In this document: one piece after another, positions 58,632 to 64,000 of the stretch
Layout of the letters: each line of letters opens with the position of its first letter
Numbering within the stretch: the first letter of the stretch is position 1
Assembly (NCBI GenBank): GCA_964391885.1
Contig: CAYMNU010000075.1
Location: 338-64,337 of the forward strand
DNA length: 64,000 bases
Origin: an uncultured archaeon
GTDB taxonomy: Archaea > Altiarchaeota > Altiarchaeia > JAFGQM01
Direction of reading: 5' to 3'
Position numbers and translations under genes: made by a program
Notes under the pieces: generated by a model
What the model was told of the DNA's origin: nothing
The model's database searches: none
Seen by the model: the letters and a program-made list of their open reading frames with translations, nothing else

Positions 58632-60098
58632 ATGTACCCGCAAGACCCGAACCAGAACCAACAACCGCAGCAATACCAGCAGCCACCGCAGCCTGCGCAG
58701 CCTTATTATCCTCCCCAACCCCCTCAAAACCCTCCCCAGGCTCCTCCCCAATATCCTCAAGCGCCACCGCATTATCCTCCTCAGTATCCACAGGCCCCAA
58801 AAAAGAGCTATACCAGCTTGATAATAGGAATAGCCGCTGTCGCAATCATAGCAGTTCTACTGCTATTACTTCTCCCCCCAATGCTTCAGGGCGCTACCGA
58901 AGCCCCGCAGCTTGAAACAGGCTGCGAGAAAGGTGTTTATGACGAAGCCTCAGGCAAGTGCCTTTACGAGCCCGAAGTTGACATCGCCTGCGCAGACGGC
59001 AGCTATAACAGGGTTACCGGCAAATGCGAGGTCGAGCCGAACACAGACATAGTATGCCTGCGCGGGACTTATGACTCAAGCATAAAAAACTGCATCTATT
59101 ACCCGCAGGTGGAAAACGTCTGCGAGGAAGGCGTCTATAACTCTATTCAGGGTTTCTGCGAGCTGGCTGCGGAACTAGTGCCCTCGTGCGAAAAAGGCTC
59201 ATACGATTCATCCAAGGACAAATGCGTATATACTCCCGAGACCTCTGCTCTGTGCAGCGTAGGTAGCTACGATGCTGGCAAAGACAAGTGCGTGACCAAT
59301 CCGCAGAAGATTTATGTCTGCGATACGGGAGTGCTCGCTTATGAGGGTGGTGTGGCAGTCTGCAAGACTGCTGCCCCCGAGAGCCCGAGCCCATCTACTC
59401 CCGGAACTGACCCCGGAGAGTCCGAGCCGGCACCGGTTGATGATGATCCGCCCGAACCAGATGAAGGCAGAGAGCCCTGGACCTTAGAAACCGAGGACTT
59501 CACGCTTGGGATACAGAGGATAACCCTGAACGACGATAAGGATAACGTAGACGAGGTCGAGCTGCTTTTTGAGAAGAGCAGCAGCCCGGAAATGCACATA
59601 GCCCTCGAAATCTGGAGGGGTGAGACCAAATACTCATCATACGTCCTTGCTGCGGGTAACTACCCCCCTGTGTATATAAGAATCGGCCGCGAGCACGAGA
59701 CTACGTCCCTGGCATCCAACTACTTTAAACTATCTACTCCCGTTGAAGACAACAACTGCATGGACCAGTTAACCGGATGTTCCGTATATAAGGTTAAAAG
59801 TATACTCGATGTCATGATTCCCGGTGGAAAATACGGCCACACTGGCGTTGCCTGCAAAAACTATAATCGCGATAATTTTTTGATAAAAAATAACAACAAG
59901 TATTGTGGTCCTGTGGCACTGGAACAAATAGATTATATATCCAATGACTGTGCCTCCCTCTGGAGGCCCTGTAGCATCCCCCCCGGGGATTATGAGCTAA
60001 GAGTAAGGCTATATGAATATGTCAAGAGCGAGCATAATGTCCTCGGAGTCGTCAGGAAGGTGTTCCAGCTCGGCCCTGACGCCCCAAAGATACAATGA
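58632..60098 (+). CDS. Membrane protein: PQ-rich N-terminus, TM helix, seven tandem ~22-aa two-cysteine repeats, acidic linker, Cys-containing C-terminal domain (hypothetical)
   Basis: 488 aa; repeats of form C-x-x-G-x-Y-D/N-x5-C-x8 (CEKGVYDEASGKC, CADGSYNRVTGKC, CLRGTYDSSIKNC, ...). Confidence 0.5.
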   Translation: MYPQDPNQNQQPQQYQQPPQPAQPYYPPQPPQNPPQAPPQYPQAPPHYPPQYPQAPKKSYTSLIIGIAAVAIIAVLLLLLLPPMLQGATEAPQLETGCEKGVYDEASGKCLYEPEVDIACADGSYNRVTGKCEVEPNTDIVCLRGTYDSSIKNCIYYPQVENVCEEGVYNSIQGFCELAAELVPSCEKGSYDSSKDKCVYTPETSALCSVGSYDAGKDKCVTNPQKIYVCDTGVLAYEGGVAVCKTAAPESPSPSTPGTDPGESEPAPVDDDPPEPDEGREPWTLETEDFTLGIQRITLNDDKDNVDEVELLFEKSSSPEMHIALEIWRGETKYSSYVLAAGNYPPVYIRIGREHETTSLASNYFKLSTPVEDNNCMDQLTGCSVYKVKSILDVMIPGGKYGHTGVACKNYNRDNFLIKNNNKYCGPVALEQIDYISNDCASLWRPCSIPPGDYELRVRLYEYVKSEHNVLGVVRKVFQLGPDAPKIQ

Positions 60099-61048
60099 TG
60101 GACGAAGAAACTACATCCAAGGTTCGCGATGCAATCCAGAAGGCAAAGAGCCAGGGCAGGACCGACGAGGAGATCAAGCAGTTCATGTTGGATGCAGGAT
60201 ATTCCGGCGCAGAGATAGCCCCCTTCTTTTCAGCTTCGCCAATAAGTAGCCCCGTTCCCACACCCTCCACCAACCTCCCTGCACAAGGCGTCTGTTGTCC
60301 AAACTGCGGAGCTAGCAACAGTCCAGGGGCAAGGTTCTGTGCGGCCTGCGGAAACAATTTTACGGAACCTATCCCTCCTCAGCCAACTCAGCAGCCACCC
60401 CAACAAACACCCCCCCAGCCAATTCAGCAAGCTCCCACGTCTCCGCCCCCCACCACACCTCCATCTTATCCCTCCCAAACCCCTGTGCCTGCATATACCC
60501 CCGCCCCAAAACCTTCTTACACTGCAGCCTCTGGAAGCAGTTCAGGCAAAAAGAAGATAATAATCATGGCGATAGTAATAGCGGTTATTGCAGTATCTGC
60601 ATATGTAATTTTCATGATGTTCGACCCAGCTAGTTCTGCAAGGGCCGAATGCGAGGCTGAGCTTAAACAGGACATCATGGGCCGATACGGCGTGACTGAA
60701 GCGGAGTTAATGGCTGCAGAGCGATACGCTGATATGTTATATAACGACGACGCAATCTATCGCTGCATGAGGGAAAAGGCGGTCGAGAAACGCAATGCGG
60801 CTATCTGCAACAGTATTCCTCTTATAATGGGCTCCAGCCACAGGGAGCGATGCTTCCAAGATGTAGTCACAAAGAATTATGATTCCAGTGCATGCCAATA
60901 CCTCTCAGCTGATGATAGGAATAAATGTTACAGCTTCATAGCCTGCAACACCGGGCAGTATAACCTATGCGATAACATACCCGACCCAAGTGACAGGGAT
61001 CGCTGCAAAAGCTCGACGCGATACTGCTCAAGCTCATTCTATATTTGA
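60095..61048 (+). CDS. Membrane protein: N-terminal zinc ribbon, Pro/Gln/Thr-rich linker, TM helix, cysteine-rich ectodomain (hypothetical)
   Basis: 317 aa; CCPNCG ... CAACG ribbon; TM IIIMAIVIAVIAVSAYVIFMMF; 14 Cys in the ectodomain. Confidence 0.5.
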   Translation: MMDEETTSKVRDAIQKAKSQGRTDEEIKQFMLDAGYSGAEIAPFFSASPISSPVPTPSTNLPAQGVCCPNCGASNSPGARFCAACGNNFTEPIPPQPTQQPPQQTPPQPIQQAPTSPPPTTPPSYPSQTPVPAYTPAPKPSYTAASGSSSGKKKIIIMAIVIAVIAVSAYVIFMMFDPASSARAECEAELKQDIMGRYGVTEAELMAAERYADMLYNDDAIYRCMREKAVEKRNAAICNSIPLIMGSSHRERCFQDVVTKNYDSSACQYLSADDRNKCYSFIACNTGQYNLCDNIPDPSDRDRCKSSTRYCSSSFYI

Positions 61049-61185
61049 AAGGATTCTCTACTTGGATTGGTATGAATTAGTCAACACCACTTCCGTTATA
61101 TCTTTTTATTCAGGTGCCCAGTGTTCACCAGACCCTGACAAATACCACTATAATAAAAAGATTTGAGCGGCATAATCCGCTCATA

Positions 61186-61221
61186 TTAAAAAAAGAAAAA
61201 ACCAAGGGGCTCTCACCCCTT
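61186..61221 (-). terminator. Terminator hairpin (AAGGGG-CTCTCA-CCCCTT) plus T-tract after dnaG
   Basis: The stem overlaps the dnaG stop; on the minus strand it is followed by GGTTTTTTCTTTTTTT. Confidence 0.55.
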
Positions 61222-62564
61222 TAGAACTTCGTGACAATCACCTTGTCCTTAGGCGGCTTCAGATTGCCTGCAGTCGTGATGCCCACGACGTACTTGCAGC
61301 CCTTCGCCAGCTCAAGCAGCTCATTAGTCACGATATCATCGATGACGATTGCAGTAGCTTTTTTCAGCTCCTTTGCTTTCTTCAGGCTGACAATATCCAC
61401 CTTCGCCAGCTCCTCGAACTTGTCGTCAAGAATCAGGGCCTGGTTTTTTATCGTTCCCAGCTTTTCAAGCAGCTTGTCTCCTTCTGAAGACCTTACTGGC
61501 TCTTCATGCCTTGGGGTTCTGCTTGGCCTATCCCTGGACTCGCGCCTCTCGCGGGGCTCTCTCCTGTCTCTGGAATCCCTTCCAGAATCTCGTCTTTCAC
61601 TGCGTTCCGGCCTGCTGTCACGCCTATCGCTCCGCTCAGGCCTGCTTTCGCGCCTGTCGCTGCTGCGCCCCCTGCTGGGCGGCTGCTCACGGCTTCTTCT
61701 AGGCTCTTTGCCTTTCTCGTCCTTAGCAGAATCATCATCTATCTCTTTTAATACTTCCTCAGCGTCCTTCTTTCTCCTCAGGGACATGATGATCTCCTTC
61801 CGTGCCAGGCCTTCAACTTCCCTTCCTGTAGGCGCCTTGGATACATGGTCCACCTTTACGCCCGCATTCTTCAAAGACTTCAGGATGAGGTCTCCTCCCC
61901 TGTCGCCGTCCACAAAGACAGTCACTTCCTTGCCTTTGGTGATATCTACAATCTCTGCAGGTATCTTTATGCCACCTACGGCGATTGAATTTTTAATGCC
62001 ATTTCTCAGCAGGTTAAGAACGTCCGCCCTTCCCTCGACTATTATTATTTCCTTGCCGTTCTCGCATTCGGGACCTGCGTCCAGGCCTTTCAAAGTGGTT
62101 ATATTGTCAGTCCTGATGCCTTCCCTGAGCTCTTCGCTGATTTCCTTGGAGTCGGGCATCTCGTCTGCCATGAACGTTTTCAAGAGCTGTCTTGCCCTGT
62201 CAACGACCGCCTTCCTCTTGTCTTCTCTCACATCCTCGATGTTCGTTATATTGAACTTCGCGTCGCAGGGGCCGACCCTAGTTATAGTCTCCACTCCTGC
62301 CGCTATTATAGATGTCTCTACCATGTCCAGGCTTGAGGGGATGGTAACATGGGCCTTAGTTATTCCGCCCTTTGTATCCATTGTGGCGTCGATGCGCCCA
62401 ATCCTTCCCGACTTCTGAAGCTCCCTCAAATCGAGGTCTTCTCCGAGAAGTCCTTCCGTCTGACCGAAAATGGCGCCAATCAAATCTGGCTTTTCCACGA
62501 GGCCAGTAGCTTCGGCCTCAGCGTGTATCACGTATTTTATTATGTCTACAGGTGCTTTGCTCAT
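61221..62564 (-). CDS. dnaG: DNA primase DnaG (archaeal TOPRIM primase) with an inserted RS/RD/RE-rich low-complexity region
   Basis: 447 aa; N-terminal DnaG signature (IIKYVIHAEAEATG ... GQTEGLLGEDLDL); TOPRIM motif (IIVEGRADVLNL ... VDGDRGGD). Confidence 0.85.
   Translation of the reverse strand: MSKAPVDIIKYVIHAEAEATGLVEKPDLIGAIFGQTEGLLGEDLDLRELQKSGRIGRIDATMDTKGGITKAHVTIPSSLDMVETSIIAAGVETITRVGPCDAKFNITNIEDVREDKRKAVVDRARQLLKTFMADEMPDSKEISEELREGIRTDNITTLKGLDAGPECENGKEIIIVEGRADVLNLLRNGIKNSIAVGGIKIPAEIVDITKGKEVTVFVDGDRGGDLILKSLKNAGVKVDHVSKAPTGREVEGLARKEIIMSLRRKKDAEEVLKEIDDDSAKDEKGKEPRRSREQPPSRGRSSDRRESRPERSDRRDSRPERSERRDSGRDSRDRREPRERRESRDRPSRTPRHEEPVRSSEGDKLLEKLGTIKNQALILDDKFEELAKVDIVSLKKAKELKKATAIVIDDIVTNELLELAKGCKYVVGITTAGNLKPPKDKVIVTKF
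61500..61712 (-). repeat. Imperfect tandem DNA repeats (~27-30 nt units) encoding the SR-like RRDSRPERSE tract inside dnaG
   Basis: Read from sequence: ggcctgctgtcacgcctatcgctccgctca / ggcctgctttcgcgcctgtcgctgctgcgc, plus further degenerate units. Confidence 0.6.
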
Positions 62565-62604
62565 TTTTTGTTCTCCTATTAATTTATTCTATCTTTATCT
62601 GCTC

Positions 62605-62910
62605 TTATTCTTTCTTCGGGCAGAATTGCGCCAAGCGCTCTTCCGCCTCGCTAAGGGTTGTGCCAAGAACGAGTACCTCTTTGTCTTTTGACCGGGCTCC
62701 ACTCACGATAGCTGCTTCTTTCCCGAAAAGGGAAGAAAAAAATCCTTCTAATGAAAGGTTGGCCGCACCCTTTAGCGCGGGCTCTTTCGTCTTGATCCTG
62801 AGTGAATTCCTCCAGTCATCGTACTCGCAAAGCGCGGTTTTGCTTGCGCCTGGTATTACCCGGATGCGCAGTACCACGCCATTATCGACAACCCTTATTG
62901 CTTTATGCAT
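62605..62910 (-). CDS. DUF167/YggU-family (UPF0235) protein
   Basis: 101 aa; conserved VIPGASK and Gly-rich core typical of YggU. Confidence 0.6.
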   Translation of the reverse strand: MHKAIRVVDNGVVLRIRVIPGASKTALCEYDDWRNSLRIKTKEPALKGAANLSLEGFFSSLFGKEAAIVSGARSKDKEVLVLGTTLSEAEERLAQFCPKKE

Positions 62911-63188
62911 GTTAAAAGCCCGTTTCCCAAGCCGTATTGGCCCGTTGGAAACAGGCTATTAGAGTTATGCCCCTCATAACGCTCAGCCTCACAGATGCGC
63001 GAATGCGCCCTTAGCCGAGTTGACCCAGAGGGGCTTTTTTGTATCGCGTTGTATTGTTAATCCCTCATGGTTTAATCGGTCGCCCGATACAGCAGTAGTC
63101 AGGATTACGCCCCAAAGCGATGATTATGTTGATGTTAAAGGCTTAAAAAGGGGAATTTTAATATTTTGCCCCCTAAATTAACCTAACA

Positions 63189-63773
63189 ATGCCAAAACCA
63201 CCCAAACGACCTAGCAGCAAGGCTCAGAACGCAGTAACTAACGTTGAATCTGTTTCTAAACATATGCGTCGCATACTAATTAGAGATCCTGCATATCGGG
63301 TATTCCCTGTAAATCCGACACTTGAAAAGGAGATTACGGCACGCTTTGGCAAGCATGTCTACAAGATTTTGGAACGGCATCCTGAGCTCTATCTTGGACA
63401 GCAAACGCTCCGCCAGGTAAGATTATTGAGGAAAGCAAAACAAGCGCACATGGATAACCTAAAGCCCGGTGCGGTGAACACAGCCGAGCCGCTGCGCCAC
63501 TTTGTGAATGCTTCAAGGGCCAGGAAAAAGAGCCTGACTGCATTGCATGCAGAATTAGTTGCAGACGAGATGAGGGCTAGAATAGAGGGCAGCACCGGCA
63601 TGTTCGACAGTACAGGGGAGCATATAGGGCAAACGCAAAAGCAAGAAGCAAGGTTCAGGAAGCTTGCTCAAGACCCGCAGCCGCTTCTTGACGCGGTCGC
63701 GTTTGTCAGGAAGCGAGGCCGGGAGGACAGGAAAAAAATACCCCTAAGGACCCTCAAAAAGATAATCGGATAA
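63189..63773 (+). CDS. Basic hypothetical protein
   Basis: 194 aa; Lys/Arg-rich N-terminus MPKPPKRPSSK; no recognisable domain. Confidence 0.4.
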   Translation: MPKPPKRPSSKAQNAVTNVESVSKHMRRILIRDPAYRVFPVNPTLEKEITARFGKHVYKILERHPELYLGQQTLRQVRLLRKAKQAHMDNLKPGAVNTAEPLRHFVNASRARKKSLTALHAELVADEMRARIEGSTGMFDSTGEHIGQTQKQEARFRKLAQDPQPLLDAVAFVRKRGREDRKKIPLRTLKKIIG

Positions 63774-63830
63774 TAGGGTTAATCCCATTACAATCCCCCA
63801 AGCCAACTAATAATTCCAAAATGCCCCGAA

Positions 63831-64000
63831 AGCCGAATAAGCCAAGAAAAACACCAAAATCACTCGCTGATTTAAGATCCTTATTTCAACACCCTGCCGT
63901 AAGGGGCATCACCCAAAGTTGGGGCAGTCTCGATAATCTTAAGGAACAGGCCCTGCGCAGGGATTCGACTCATCGAAAGCTTTCAAGAAGGCCCGAAATC
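63831..64000 (+). CDS. Basic hypothetical protein, 5' fragment (runs off the window), N-terminus similar to the preceding gene
   Basis: Begins MPRKPNKPRKTPKS, resembling MPKPPKRPSSK of the upstream gene. Likely tandem paralogues. Confidence 0.3.

Noticed and set aside
57081-58772. 563-aa ORF version of the Lon-like gene, with an Arg/Leu-rich 78-aa N-terminal extension
   Set aside because: The extension is the reverse complement of the CAG/CCN-rich PQ-coding region of the divergent gene 58632-60098, an antisense artefact of low-complexity DNA. The internal ATG at 58538 gives a canonical LonB-like N-terminus.
61231-62418. 395-aa plus-strand ORF antisense to dnaG, and similar long antisense ORFs inside ahcY, ribD, rtcB and the aldolase
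   Set aside because: They fully overlap well-supported genes on the opposite strand, are Ser/Leu/Pro-rich as expected of antisense frames, and carry no recognisable motifs.

Overview
This 64 kb window looks like an archaeal chromosomal segment; I could not run a homology search, so every call is made from protein motifs and gene order read directly from the ORF translations. The archaeal assignment rests on chromatin protein MC1, translation factors aIF-1A and aIF-2 beta, TOPRIM primase DnaG, an Nmd3 homologue, diphthine synthase, a Fae-Hps fusion, archaeal-type riboflavin and lumazine synthases, and an intein-bearing RtcB next to archease. Coding density is high, with about 70 CDS. No rRNA, tRNA or CRISPR array was found. 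The main themes are: (1) a minus-strand oxidative-stress island at 19.6-23.3 kb, with a minimal [FeFe]-hydrogenase H-domain gene and Ogg beside it; (2) a MoxR-DUF58-double-vWA (Bat-like) operon; (3) scattered MTA, SAH and 5'-deoxyadenosine salvage genes next to two aldolases; (4) a C1 and pterin module (Fae-Hps, MtdA-like dehydrogenase, MetV-MetF, DHPS-like); (5) a riboflavin operon that mixes bacterial-type ribD and ribBA with archaeal-type ribC and ribH; (6) two paralogous ~850-aa thrombospondin-type-3-repeat surface proteins with patches of near-identical DNA, separated by a nitroreductase and a 320-nt hairpin-module region; (7) three membrane proteins sharing a zinc-ribbon or PQ-rich N-terminus, TM helix and cysteine-rich ectodomain; (8) a DnaG carrying an SR-like RS/RD/RE insertion. 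No classical defence system was recognised. The VapBC pair, the RtcB intein and the repeat-containing genes are the mobile or hypervariable elements. The ORF track missed two small genes, rubredoxin (52 aa) and MetV (51 aa).
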